From an uncultured delta proteobacterium (lineage in GTDB: Bacteria; Desulfobacterota; Zymogenia; Zymogenales; Zymogenaceae), in assembly GCA_963792965.1 (NCBI GenBank), contig CAWBYW010000016.1, positions 224,001-288,000 on the forward strand: 64,000 nt of DNA, read 5' to 3'. Position 1 is the first letter of the stretch, and each line of letters opens with the position of its first letter. Positions 20,218 to 30,586 of this stretch are shown in pieces. The position numbers and the translations under genes were made by a program. Under the pieces are notes generated by a model. It had not been told where the DNA came from and did not search any database. It saw only the letters and a list, made by a program, of their open reading frames with translations.

Positions 20218-21594
20218 TTAATCCTCCAGCCCGAGCTTTTTCATTTGATATAACAGAACCTGGCGGGGAATGTTAAGGAGGCGGGCCGCCTGGGACCGGT
20301 TGCCGCCGCTCTGGACAAGGGCCTTGTTGATCAGCTCCGTCGAGACCCTGTCAACGACAGCCTTGAAATCGATCCCCTCTTCGGGGATGTAGTGGGGGAT
20401 AACGGAATCGACGGACGCCTTTTGATGGGAATCAATAACGAGGTGTTTGGTGTTGATCAAAGGCCCGTCGGCGATGATGACCGCCCGCTCGACGGCGTTG
20501 CGCAGCTCTCGAATGTTTCCGGGCCACTGGTAGCTTTTGAGCCATTCCATCGCCGGATCCGAGAACCCCGTTACCTTTTTCTTGAGGTTCTTTGAGAGCT
20601 CCTCGAGGAAGACCGTGGCAAAAAGCTCGACGTCCTCCTTACGCTCCATCAGCGTCGGTAATTTTAGGTCCATCACCTTGAGGCGGAAGTAGAGGTCTTT
20701 TCTGAATTCCCCGTTTTCTACCGCCCGGCTTAGGTCCTTGTTGGTTGCCGCTATCACCCGTACGTCCAGCTTGATGTCGGCGGTGCCGCCCACGCGCTTA
20801 TAGGTCATGGTATCCAGGAACCGCAAGAGCTTCGCCTGAAGCATGACCGACATCTCGCCGATCTCGTCCAAGAACACCGTGCCCTTGGACGCGAGCTCGA
20901 ACTGCCCGCGCTTCCTCACCCGGGCATCGGTAAAGGCGCCGGGCTCATAGCCGAAGAGCTCCGTCTCCATGAGGTTTTCGGGGATGGCCGCGCAGTTGAT
21001 CTCCACGAAGGGCTCGTCGCCCCTCTTGGAGCGGTAGTGGATGAAGCGGGCGAGGTATTCCTTTCCGGTCCCCGACTCCCCCTCGATGAGCACGGTGGTG
21101 GTCTCCGACTGGGCGACGAAGAGGGCCAGTCGGTAGATCTCGTTCATGATCGGGGAACGGCCGACCAGGTAGTTGAAATTGAATTTCTTTCGATCGGCTT
21201 CTTTGAGGTACTCTATCTCCCGCATGAGATCAAGGTGTCTGAGGTTTTTCTTGATCGAAAGCAGCAGCACATCCTCCTGGATGGGCTTGGTCAGGTAGTC
21301 GCTGGCACCCATCTTGATGGCGTGAATGGCCGTCTCAATGGAGCCGTAACCCGTCAACATGATTACCTGGGGGATGTCGTAGACCTCGTTGATCTTCTCA
21401 AGGACTTCAAGGCCGCTCACATCCGGGAGCACGAGGTCCAGAAGCACCAGGTCCGGCCGCGCATTCTGGACGATCTTGAGGCCTTCCTGGCCGGTTATCG
21501 CCGAATAGACCTTATACCCCTTGTCCTGGAGCGCCTGTGTCAGGAATCTATTGAAGAGCTCATCGTCTTCGATGATAAGGATCGACGTTTCCAT
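20218..21594 (-). CDS. NtrC-family sigma-54-dependent response regulator
   Basis: REC, GESGTGKE, GAFTDA, FLDEI, WPGNIREL and a Fis-type HTH. Confidence 0.95.
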   Translation of the reverse strand: METSILIIEDDELFNRFLTQALQDKGYKVYSAITGQEGLKIVQNARPDLVLLDLVLPDVSGLEVLEKINEVYDIPQVIMLTGYGSIETAIHAIKMGASDYLTKPIQEDVLLLSIKKNLRHLDLMREIEYLKEADRKKFNFNYLVGRSPIMNEIYRLALFVAQSETTTVLIEGESGTGKEYLARFIHYRSKRGDEPFVEINCAAIPENLMETELFGYEPGAFTDARVRKRGQFELASKGTVFLDEIGEMSVMLQAKLLRFLDTMTYKRVGGTADIKLDVRVIAATNKDLSRAVENGEFRKDLYFRLKVMDLKLPTLMERKEDVELFATVFLEELSKNLKKKVTGFSDPAMEWLKSYQWPGNIRELRNAVERAVIIADGPLINTKHLVIDSHQKASVDSVIPHYIPEEGIDFKAVVDRVSTELINKALVQSGGNRSQAARLLNIPRQVLLYQMKKLGLED

Positions 21595-21885
21595 AAAATA
21601 AGCCGCATATCCAGATAGTATCGGTTTCTTCTAACGCACCGAGCGATGATTTGCCATCGCTTTTTCGCGCGGTTTCATCCGTTTTTTATTATCTCTATCA
21701 TAAATAGTATTATTTGTCTTTAAAATATAATGGTTCATTTATAGACTTTACCATTTTTATTAAAGAAATGGACAGTTGGGCCATAAAAAGTTTCTTCTCG
21801 CCGCGGGGCCGCCGGAGATAGAGGTGTAGGGGGTATGCAAGCGAGATCGCCCAAACCGCTTTCTTTCGCCCTCCTATTTTCCCCC

Positions 21886-22815
21886 TTACAGCCGCAGGAG
21901 CCGCTGTGCGTTTTCTCCGAGGATCATATTCACGTCCTTTTCGGCGATGCGAAGGTGCTCGACCGGCTTGGTTGAAAGCTCCTTGATCGCCTCGACGTAC
22001 TTCGGCTCGGACAGCACCGGCCAGAGGTAGGGGTTATCGGTGCCGAAGAGGACCCGCTCCGGCCCGAAGTGGGCCACGGCGTGCGAGACGGCCTCGGCAA
22101 AATCGTGATAGTGGTCGCGGGCGGTCGTCTGCCAGGCCGCGAGATCGGTATAGAGGTTGGGCCGGTTCAGACCGAGGGAGAAAAGGATGTCCCGGTAGCC
22201 ATAGGCCATGTGCGCGGCGATCACGTCGACCTCGGGGAAGTGCAGCAGCATCTCATCAAGATACATCGGGTCGCAATACTTGCTGGAGGTGGGGGGTACG
22301 CTCGGTCCGGTGTGGATGAGAACCGGGACGTTGTGTTTTGCCACCGCTTCCACGAGCGTCAGCGTTTCCTTCCCCTCCGGGTTGAACCCTCCCCCGGGGT
22401 GAAGTTTGAGCCCCTTGGCCCCCCATTCTTCAAACGCCTTCTTGATAAAATCCTTGGCCTTCGGCCGCCGCGGGTCCATGGTGACGAAGGGAATGATCTT
22501 CTTCGGGAATCGTTTTGCCATCTCGAGAACCGCCTTGTTCTGCTCCTCGATGGGGACCTTCGGCTCCCCCACCATGAGGCCGGTATCGAAAGGGAAGATA
22601 ACGGTCATGTCAATCCCCGCCTCTTCCATGGCGGCGACATGCTTTTCCCCGGTCGTGTCGTAGTAGACGGGGAGGATATTGTTGATGATCATGTCGATGT
22701 CGGCGTCGACCCCCATCCGTTTGAGGATCGGAAGTGCCATTTTCGCAAATCCCCTCCAGTAATTGTCCGAAAACCAGCTTCTGTCCACGGGGTGGCGGTG
22801 AATGTCGATGATCAT
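21886..22815 (-). CDS. Amidohydrolase family 2 protein
   Basis: IDIHRH, GLKLHP, IHTG, IAAHM and LFGTDNP motifs. Confidence 0.88.
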   Translation of the reverse strand: MIIDIHRHPVDRSWFSDNYWRGFAKMALPILKRMGVDADIDMIINNILPVYYDTTGEKHVAAMEEAGIDMTVIFPFDTGLMVGEPKVPIEEQNKAVLEMAKRFPKKIIPFVTMDPRRPKAKDFIKKAFEEWGAKGLKLHPGGGFNPEGKETLTLVEAVAKHNVPVLIHTGPSVPPTSSKYCDPMYLDEMLLHFPEVDVIAAHMAYGYRDILFSLGLNRPNLYTDLAAWQTTARDHYHDFAEAVSHAVAHFGPERVLFGTDNPYLWPVLSEPKYVEAIKELSTKPVEHLRIAEKDVNMILGENAQRLLRL

Positions 22816-23236
22816 GAGCGCCTCCTTAAAAGGGTAATCGTGGGAAAGGTTTGAGTCGTCTTGCTTCTTTTAGAAGATATGAGCGGGGCAACCCGGAACG
22901 ATGGAGGTTGGGCGAAGGCCGGCTCTCGTTGAAGCCGGAATCGAGGAACGGAGCTCATATACGGCATATCTCGTGAATGCCCCCACGCCCTTCGCGAAAC
23001 ATCGTAGTATCGGCCCCTGCGAAAGTCAAGACAAATAAAAATCGGGCTTTCAGGTTTATTTCGTTGAAAAATTCCTTCGCGTAGTATATATATAAAAGGA
23101 TATTGTCTAAATCAAGAGTAAATGTAGTGATTTCTGTGAACGTCTTCGTGCTGTGACGAGACATAAACGTTCATCGGTGAAAGGGGCCTTACTCTCTCAG
23201 CGGGACGTTGCCATACCAAAATAGGGAGTTGAGCAT

Positions 23237-24148
23237 ATGAGCGCAATCACCGCCGCGGGCCTGATCAAGGACTACGCGAAGGTTCGCGCCCTCGCCGGGG
23301 TCAATCTCGACGTTGCCGAGGGCGAGGTCTTCGGGTTCCTGGGTCCTAACGGTGCGGGGAAGACAACCTTTATCAAGATCATGCTCGGGCTTGTCTTTCC
23401 GAGCGCGGGAGACGTCACGGTCTTCGACATGCCGTCGGGGAAGAAAGAGCTCAGACGAAAGATCGGCTACCTCCCGGAGAACATGCGGCTCCAGGGCTTT
23501 TTGTCCGGACGTGAATTCCTTGATTTTGCGGGAAAACTCTATGGCCTGCCCAAGGGAGAGAGAAGACGGCGCGTGGATGGTTATCTCGAGCTCCTCGGGC
23601 TCTCCAAAGCGGCTAAGCGGCCCCTCCGCGAATACTCAAAGGGAATGCTCCAGCGCATCGGGATCGCCCAGGCCCTCATCCACAACCCCGAGATGCTGCT
23701 CTTGGACGAGCCGACGTCGGGGCTGGACCCGATCGGCACCAAGGAGATCCGCGACCTCATCCTTTCCGAAAAGAAGAAGGGTAAGACGATCTTCATCAAC
23801 TCGCACCTCCTGTCCGAGATCGAGCGGACCTGCGACCGCGTGGCTATTCTTAACCACGGGCGGGTCATCAAGGTGGGGCGCCTGGAGGCCCTGTCGGGGA
23901 AGAAGGCGATGATCCGTGTTGAGGTTCAGAAGACGAGCGAGGAGCTTCTCGCCGGCCTGAGCGGGGTGGCCAAAAGCGTGCGGGTGGAAGGAAATACCTA
24001 TATCCTCGATCCGAAGTTCGACGACACCATGGCCCATATACCCCAGATCATCGTATCGTCGGGTGCGCGCATGGTGTCCCTCAAGGAAGACCGGGAGTCG
24101 CTTGAGGACATCTTCTGGCGTGCGGTCAAAGAGGAGGGCAAATCGTGA
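23237..24148 (+). CDS. ABC transporter ATP-binding protein (ABC-2 type, PilH-like)
   Basis: GPNGAGKTT, YSKGM, LLDEP and NSH motifs. Confidence 0.93.
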   Translation: MSAITAAGLIKDYAKVRALAGVNLDVAEGEVFGFLGPNGAGKTTFIKIMLGLVFPSAGDVTVFDMPSGKKELRRKIGYLPENMRLQGFLSGREFLDFAGKLYGLPKGERRRRVDGYLELLGLSKAAKRPLREYSKGMLQRIGIAQALIHNPEMLLLDEPTSGLDPIGTKEIRDLILSEKKKGKTIFINSHLLSEIERTCDRVAILNHGRVIKVGRLEALSGKKAMIRVEVQKTSEELLAGLSGVAKSVRVEGNTYILDPKFDDTMAHIPQIIVSSGARMVSLKEDRESLEDIFWRAVKEEGKS

Positions 24149-24945
24149 GAGAGATCCTGGCGATTTCGGCAAATACTATCAAGGAAGGGCTGCGCAACAA
24201 GATGTTCTACATCCTGCTGGGCATAGCCCTTGTATTCATCCTGGTCGGCCGGGGGTGCATGAGCGGCAGCATGAACATCCAGAACCGCGAGCTCTCGCCG
24301 GAACAGATGGTTTCCTTTGGGACGATGATCGGCTTCTTTATCATCACGTTCTGGGGCTTAACGCTGGCGGGACTTCTTTCCATGGGGGCGATCCTCACCG
24401 ACATCGAGACCGGGGTCATCACCACCTTTATCTCCAAGCCGATATCCCGCTTTGAATACCTGATGGGAAAGTTCATCGGGATCGTCGCCGTGGTTCTTCT
24501 CAACGTCGCGATTCTCGCGCTCGGCTTTTCGATATTGGCCTATCTCAAGGCGGGGATTTTCCCAATCCACCTCTTTTGGGCCCTCGGCGTCTTTGTCGTA
24601 AACCTCCTGATGCTCATTTCATTCATCCTGCTGGTTTCCCTGGTGAGCGCCCGTATCATCGCCATGATCTTCGGGATCCTCGCCTATCTCTTTTCTGTCG
24701 GGATAGCTATCCCGGTCTATATCGACGCCGTCAGAGAAAAAATGGTCGGCTCCTCGATGTCGTTGGTCCTGGAAGCCATCTATTTCGCCTTCCCACAGTG
24801 GGGATCGACCCATATATATGCCGCCTCCCTTATCTCCGGCACCTTCTCCCAGCACATGTCATACTGGCCGGTCGCTCACTCCCTGCTCTATACCGTCCTC
24901 ATGTGGCTCTTGATGCTGTTTGTATTCGGGAGAAAGGAGTTTTAG
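24145..24945 (+). CDS. ABC-2 type permease (PilI-like)
   Basis: About 6 TM; DIETG...SKPISRFEYLMGK motif; GTGA overlap with the ATPase gene. Confidence 0.85.
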   Translation: MREILAISANTIKEGLRNKMFYILLGIALVFILVGRGCMSGSMNIQNRELSPEQMVSFGTMIGFFIITFWGLTLAGLLSMGAILTDIETGVITTFISKPISRFEYLMGKFIGIVAVVLLNVAILALGFSILAYLKAGIFPIHLFWALGVFVVNLLMLISFILLVSLVSARIIAMIFGILAYLFSVGIAIPVYIDAVREKMVGSSMSLVLEAIYFAFPQWGSTHIYAASLISGTFSQHMSYWPVAHSLLYTVLMWLLMLFVFGRKEF

Positions 24946-25145
24946 TTCAACAATGAGATTATCCGGCGGGCAGGTCCTTGTTCATCGCGCCGTCTCTTGT
25001 CGGCCTGGGTCACTCATGGCGGGTCGCGCCGCACGGCGCGGGGGTACCCTGTCGGGCGCCCGCGTGTGCGCGTCCCGTGCCGTTTCCCCGGCATCGGCCC
25101 TCGCCGTCTGTACGGGCGCAAGGCCTTAGCAGCTCCTCTATCGAT

Positions 25146-26651
25146 ATGCCTAAACCCGACAATAAGCCGCTCTTTTCGGGGACATTAACCGAGACCCCGT
25201 TTCCGAAGCTCTTTTTCGAAATCTGCTCGATGGGCATCGGCGGAACCCTCACCGTCATGAGGGGAAAGGTGAAAAAGGAGATCACCTTCTATCACGGGAA
25301 GCCGGCGCGCATAACCTCGAACCTCCTGCAGGAGGTTCTCGGGAGGTATCTGGTATCTATCGGAAAGATCGGCGAGGATGATTACCAACAGACCCTCACC
25401 TCCGCCTTTACGTCCCATCGCCTCCACGGGGACATCCTCATCGAGCGGGGCTTTCTGACCAACGGCGAGCTCTCAAACTACCTCAGGGAGCAGTCGCTGG
25501 CAAAACTCCTCAACATCTTCAAATGGCCCGACGGGGACTACTCGTTTGTCAAGCGCGATTTCATATCGCCGATCAAGAGCGACTTTCAGTCGCTCTCTAC
25601 GGAGACCATCATCTTTATGGGGATCAAGCACCACTACGCGCTGGATCGACTCATCCCGGCCGTCGATCCGTATGGCTCCTCATACCTCTACCGCGGCTCG
25701 AAGAAATCGCCGCTCCCGGAAACGACCCCGTTGGATGACGACGAGCGATGGCTCCTCGGCCTGGTCGATGGAACCAAGACAGTGAAAGAGACCATCGAGA
25801 TATCGCCCCTCGAGTTTATCGATTCCTACCGCGTCATCTACTGGGCGCTCATCACGGATATCCTGGCCGTCAAGGATAAACCGGCCGTGGCGGCCGTCGA
25901 AACGGATAATCCGATCCCTCAGGACGAGCTGCTCTCGAAAATGGTGGCCACCTATCATGCGATGTCCACCATGAACTATTTCGAGATCCTCGGCGTAGAC
26001 CAGTCTACCCCTCCGGAACAGATCAAACCGGCCTACGTCAGGCTCGCCAAGGAATATCATCCGGACTCGCTGGGCCCGAACGCGCCCACCCTCGTGGAAA
26101 AAACGGCAAACCAGATCTTCGACCTCGTTTCCAGGGCCTACCGCGTCCTGTCCGACGAAGGGGAGAGAAAAGACTACCTGAAATCGCTCAGCGGTAAGGA
26201 TGATAAAGTGACGATCGAGAAAACCCACGACATCATGAATGCGGAGCTGCAGTTTCAGAAGGGGAAGGTATTTCTCAAGAAGCGGGATTACCAGAGCGCC
26301 AAGGAATCCTTCGGGTGGGCCGTCAAGCTGATGCCGGACGAGGCGGAATACCTGGCATATCTCGGCTGGGCCCTGTTCCTCTCGGCCGAAAATAAAGTGG
26401 GGGAGGAGGCGCTTACCGCCACGAAATATCTTAAGAAGGCGGCCTCGCTCAACCCGTCCATCGAGACCATCCAGCTCTTCTTAGGAACGGTCTATAAGAC
26501 CCAGAACCTCAAGGATATCGCGGCGCTCTATTTCAAGAAGGCGCTCGAGATCAATCCCGAGTCGGTCGAGGCAAAGCGGGAGCTCGCAAGCCTCGGCGTG
26601 AAAAGCCAGCAGCAGGACACGAGGGGCTTTTTCGGCCCCAGAAATAGATAG
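25146..26651 (+). CDS. DUF4388-like / DnaJ J-domain / TPR protein
   Basis: N-terminal SGTL...GTLTV...ITFYHG; NYFEILGV...AKEYHPD (HPD motif); C-terminal TPR helices. Confidence 0.85.
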   Translation: MPKPDNKPLFSGTLTETPFPKLFFEICSMGIGGTLTVMRGKVKKEITFYHGKPARITSNLLQEVLGRYLVSIGKIGEDDYQQTLTSAFTSHRLHGDILIERGFLTNGELSNYLREQSLAKLLNIFKWPDGDYSFVKRDFISPIKSDFQSLSTETIIFMGIKHHYALDRLIPAVDPYGSSYLYRGSKKSPLPETTPLDDDERWLLGLVDGTKTVKETIEISPLEFIDSYRVIYWALITDILAVKDKPAVAAVETDNPIPQDELLSKMVATYHAMSTMNYFEILGVDQSTPPEQIKPAYVRLAKEYHPDSLGPNAPTLVEKTANQIFDLVSRAYRVLSDEGERKDYLKSLSGKDDKVTIEKTHDIMNAELQFQKGKVFLKKRDYQSAKESFGWAVKLMPDEAEYLAYLGWALFLSAENKVGEEALTATKYLKKAASLNPSIETIQLFLGTVYKTQNLKDIAALYFKKALEINPESVEAKRELASLGVKSQQQDTRGFFGPRNR

Positions 26652-26663
26652 GGAGGCTCATCC

Positions 26664-27581
26664 ATGGTCGAAAAAGTCAAAAAGATATGGCTCGATGGGA
26701 AGCTCATCGATTGGGATAAGGCAAACGTCCACATCCTCACCCACACCCTCCATTACGGCCTCGGTGTGTTCGAGGGGATCCGGTGCTATAGGACGGCCGA
26801 TGGGCGGTCCGCGATCTTTCGGCTCGGCGAGCACATCCATCGGCTCTTCGACTCGGCCCATATCTGCTTCATGAAGATGCCCTTTTCCGAGGACGACATC
26901 GCAGGCGCAGCTATCGAGACGCTCAAGGCCAACGGTATGGAAGAGGGCTATATCAGACCCCTGGCCTTCATCGGAGACGGCGCCATGGGCCTCCATCCCC
27001 AGAACAACCCCGTCCGAGTGGCGATCATCACCTGGCCCTGGGGGGCCTACCTTGGCGAAGAGGGGCTGGCAAAGGGGATCCGCGTCAAGATATCATCGAT
27101 CACCCGGCACCACGTCAACGTCAGCATGACCAAGGCCAAAGTCTGCGGGAACTATGTCAACTCGATCCTCGCCAAGCTCGAAGTCACCCGTGCGGGCTAC
27201 GACGAGGCCATCATGCTCGATACCGAGGGGTATATCTCCGAGGGGAGCGGCGAAAACATCTTCATCGTTACTCACGGCCTGATCAGGACCACCCCCCTTA
27301 CCTCGATCCTGGCCGGCATCACCCGCGATTCGATCATCAATATTGCCCACGAGTTCGGCTATACCGTTTCGGAACAGCGATTCTCCCGCGACGAGGTCTA
27401 CACCAGCGACGAGGCGTTTCTGACGGGGACGGCGGCGGAGATTACCCCGATTCGGGAGGTGGACGACCGCCCCATTGGGAAGGGAGGACCCGGACCCATT
27501 ACCAAGAGACTCCAGGAAAGCTTCTTTGACGTGGTGAAGGGAAAAGACAAGCGGTTTGAGGGATGGCTGACCTATCTTTAG
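26664..27581 (+). CDS. ilvE: Branched-chain amino acid aminotransferase
   Basis: LHYG..VFEGIR, AKVCGNY (PLP Lys), EGSGEN and GTAAE motifs. Confidence 0.96.
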   Translation: MVEKVKKIWLDGKLIDWDKANVHILTHTLHYGLGVFEGIRCYRTADGRSAIFRLGEHIHRLFDSAHICFMKMPFSEDDIAGAAIETLKANGMEEGYIRPLAFIGDGAMGLHPQNNPVRVAIITWPWGAYLGEEGLAKGIRVKISSITRHHVNVSMTKAKVCGNYVNSILAKLEVTRAGYDEAIMLDTEGYISEGSGENIFIVTHGLIRTTPLTSILAGITRDSIINIAHEFGYTVSEQRFSRDEVYTSDEAFLTGTAAEITPIREVDDRPIGKGGPGPITKRLQESFFDVVKGKDKRFEGWLTYL

Positions 27582-27725
27582 GCCGGTCCTTCACGGTGCG
27601 GCGATAGGGACCGGGCCGGTTTCCCCCAGACGGAGATATTCCCCGGTGACCGGGCGGTCCGGGCGGTCTCCGGCCGAAACGAGGCTCCCGGTCTGCGTCA
27701 GGCCGTGGCTCTCCCCTATACGTAA

Positions 27726-28634
27726 ATGGAGTTCGGTGTGGAAGAGCTTCGATTCGGCCCCGTCCACTTCATCCCCGGCGACAATCACGGAAGATACCCT
27801 TTCTGCCACTCGCTCTATGTCGAAGGGACCCGGCGCGTTGTGATCGACCCCGCCTCGGATGAGGCACGGCTGCGCGCGCTCAGAGACGGCCCGGGGGTCG
27901 ACGAGGTCTGGCTTTCTCACTACCACGAGGATCACTTCCTATTCCTTCCCGTCTTCGACGGCGTGCCGCTCTCTCTCTCCGAAACCGATGCCGGCGCCCT
28001 TGCCTCCATCGAAAATCTCCTCGATTATTACGACATTACAGAGATGGAAGACCGAAGGGCGTGGGAAGAGTTCATGAACACCTACTTCAGCTTTCGCCCC
28101 CGCAGGGCCGACCGGTATCTCGTCGGCGGAGAGGTTATCGACCTCGGAGGGGTCACGGTCGAGGTGATCGCCACGCCGGGCCACACCGCGGGCCACCTGT
28201 CATTTTTCTTCCCGGAGCAGGGCGTCCTTTTCGTCGGCGATTATGATCTTTCCCCCTTCCCCTACTACGGCGACCGAGACTCCGACATCGACGAGACGAT
28301 CGCCTCGGTCCGGCGCCTCAGAGAAGTGCCGGCCCGTGTGCTGATCTGCCCCCACGACGCGGGAGTTCATCACGAAGGCTTCGATAGGCTCTGGGACCGC
28401 TTCCTGGCGGTTATCGATTGGCGCGAGGCGAAACTGCTGGAGCTCTTGGCCGCGCGGCCGCGAACGATGGAGGATATCGTGGAGGCCCGGATCATCTATA
28501 AGAAGGCCCGGGAGCCAAAGTTGTTTTATGATTACGGCGAGATGTGCACAATGCGCAAGCACCTGATCCGGCTCATCAGACAGGGCCGCGTAACGCGGGA
28601 GGGAGAATTCTATTTGCTCTCAGAGGGGACGTGA
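27726..28634 (+). CDS. Metallo-beta-lactamase-fold hydrolase with C-terminal wHTH-like tail
   Basis: SHYHEDH, TPGHTAGH and GDYD motifs. Confidence 0.85.
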   Translation: MEFGVEELRFGPVHFIPGDNHGRYPFCHSLYVEGTRRVVIDPASDEARLRALRDGPGVDEVWLSHYHEDHFLFLPVFDGVPLSLSETDAGALASIENLLDYYDITEMEDRRAWEEFMNTYFSFRPRRADRYLVGGEVIDLGGVTVEVIATPGHTAGHLSFFFPEQGVLFVGDYDLSPFPYYGDRDSDIDETIASVRRLREVPARVLICPHDAGVHHEGFDRLWDRFLAVIDWREAKLLELLAARPRTMEDIVEARIIYKKAREPKLFYDYGEMCTMRKHLIRLIRQGRVTREGEFYLLSEGT

Positions 28635-28894
28635 ATAAGGACCGTCGCAAAGGCTTGAAACGGAGGGAGACCGCCGCTTTCGGCATCATCCTCACGTGAG
28701 CGAAAGGGACCGCCCATATACCGATGCTTCTTGGCTCTGTCGAGCCCCATACCTGCCCCCCTGGCTGTGGTCGGCCGACCCATCAAACGCGTGAAAAATA
28801 TTGCAGCCAGCAGGGTCCCGCATCGTCGGCAATCAACACCGAGCGGACCCTCCTGGAAGTCCCCGCGCGCTCCTCTTCCGACGGACGCGTACCC

Positions 28895-29545
28895 CTAAGC
28901 CTCTTTGTGCCCCTTCTTTACGTTCTTCATCGCCCGCGTCAGGTGCTCGGTTACGGCCTGGCGCGCCGCCTCACTGTCCCGGGAGGCCAGCGTCTTGATG
29001 ATCTTTGCGTGGTCGGCGATCCATTCACGGCGATCTCCCGGCACGAGGGTGCTGTACGCCATGGCCAGGACGGACCGATAATAGAGGGGAATCATCGTCG
29101 ACAGGAGGGTTGCGCTCCCCGAGGACTCCACGATATAGCGGTGGAAGGTGATGTCCGCGTCGGCCCCGTCGCCGGGCTTGGCGTCCTTGCACTTATCCAG
29201 GAGCTCCGTGAGCCTGCCGATGAATCTGTCGTAGCGAACCTTTTTTTTGGTCACAAGCTCCGCCCCCAATGGCTCCAGGGCCATGCGGACCGTGAGGATA
29301 TCGAGGATCTCATCGGACGTAATCTGGGACACGAAGGCCCCACGCCTCGGGACGACCTGCACCAGCCCGTAATTGACCAGGAGGTTCATCGCCTCCCTGA
29401 GGGGGGTTCGGGATATTCCGAGAGACTCTGAAATCTTTTCTTCGGGTATCTTTTCCCCCGGCTTGATACTGCCTGAAAGAATCGCATCTTTTACCGTATC
29501 CGCGACCCGATGTTTGAGGCTCAGTTCTTCGATCTTGTACAACAT
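28895..29545 (-). CDS. GntR-family (FCD) transcriptional regulator
   Basis: GISRTPLREA HTH; DITFH and DH in the FCD domain. Confidence 0.92.
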   Translation of the reverse strand: MLYKIEELSLKHRVADTVKDAILSGSIKPGEKIPEEKISESLGISRTPLREAMNLLVNYGLVQVVPRRGAFVSQITSDEILDILTVRMALEPLGAELVTKKKVRYDRFIGRLTELLDKCKDAKPGDGADADITFHRYIVESSGSATLLSTMIPLYYRSVLAMAYSTLVPGDRREWIADHAKIIKTLASRDSEAARQAVTEHLTRAMKNVKKGHKEA

Positions 29546-29577
29546 CTTTGTCCCCCTTTCTCTCTGTTTATCTGAGA

Positions 29578-29596
29578 ATTGTATTTAATATACAAT
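29578..29596. promoter_or_regulatory. Candidate GntR autoregulatory operator
   Basis: ATTGTAT-TTAAT-ATACAAT palindrome directly upstream of the GntR gene. Confidence 0.55.
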
Positions 29597-29732
29597 ATAT
29601 ACGCTATTTAGACATTTTTTATGCCGTCCATTCAACGCCTCAGGGCCCCGATCGCGTCGGCTGCCCCTTTTTCATGACGGCATTAATAAGAAATGGGATT
29701 TGTCAGGGTACAGTATAGAGAGAAAAAGAATT

Positions 29733-29762
29733 AAAAAAAGGGGGCTTAGTTAACCCCCCTTT
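29733..29762 (-). terminator. Terminator-like palindrome
   Basis: Minus strand GGGGGG-TTAACTAAG-CCCCC-T7, downstream of the DUF1178 gene. Confidence 0.55.
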
Positions 29763-29857
29763 CGTGGTCCGTTGGAACCAACTATATGAAATCGTTCATA
29801 ATTTCAATAAATTAATAGTTGTCCAATAATACTTTATTTTAATTATTCTTTGTTTCT

Positions 29858-30268
29858 TTAACTGTCCTGCCGGATGATGGGTATCTTGATGAAGGGCACG
29901 CCTTCCTCTCTGAGCTCCTGTTCCTCCCGATCGGTGGTTATCCCACGGATGTTCTTCTTCTCGATTTCACCGTAGTGGATCTTGATCGCCTCTTCGGCGA
30001 ATCGTCCACCCACATCCTCGAAGTGACTCTTGATATAGTGTTGAAGCTGTATGAACTGGACAACCTGCGGAGGCAGGCCGTGGCTCCCTTCCTCTTTTCT
30101 TTGTCTGCCGCCGATGGCAAAGGTGGAAGGAATGCGCTCAATACGGGTTTCGCCGCAGTACGGGCAATCGATCATACCCCCGTCCTTCTGATCCTCGAAA
30201 GAGGCGCTGTCTTTGAACCATCCCTCGAAGATGTGTCCGTTTTCGCATTTCACGTCGTACGCGATCAT
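29858..30268 (-). CDS. DUF1178 family protein
   Basis: YD..CENGH.FEGWF, CPYC and EDVG.RFAEEA.KIHYGE motifs. Confidence 0.88.
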   Translation of the reverse strand: MIAYDVKCENGHIFEGWFKDSASFEDQKDGGMIDCPYCGETRIERIPSTFAIGGRQRKEEGSHGLPPQVVQFIQLQHYIKSHFEDVGGRFAEEAIKIHYGEIEKKNIRGITTDREEQELREEGVPFIKIPIIRQDS

Positions 30269-30484
30269 CGCAACCTGCATAATATATCACTATCGATTAT
30301 ATAATAATATTCCCGGCCGGCGATGTCAATAACTATCGGCCGCCCGCGGTAAGACGCAGGTAGCCCTTAATCGGGCGCGGAGGGTCGAGGAGGCGGCATT
30401 ATTTCTATCTATAGGGAGCTTTGTCACCGGGGGCCCGAGTTTCCTCGGCGAGCCGCGCGATTCACCATTTTCAAATAAAAAATC

Positions 30485-30513
30485 TTGACACGGGTCAGAA
30501 ATGATGGTTAAAT
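30485..30513 (+). promoter_or_regulatory. sigma70 promoter of the rplU operon
   Basis: TTGACA-N17-TTAAAT with TG extension and an AT-rich UP element. Confidence 0.7.
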
Positions 30514-30586
30514 AACTAACTTTAAGGAATTATCGTCTCGTTTGAGGGTTATTTAACGGGCCACTCTACGAGGGAAGGAACCAGAG

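Noticed and set aside
21643-21656. TGGCAAATCATCGC upstream of the NtrC-type gene as a possible sigma-54 promoter
   Set aside because: GG-to-GC spacing is 9, not the required 10; better explained as a small hairpin
22877-22960. ATATGAGC/GCTCATAT inverted repeat upstream of the amidohydrolase gene
   Set aside because: Only 8 bp with no recognisable riboswitch core; insufficient support
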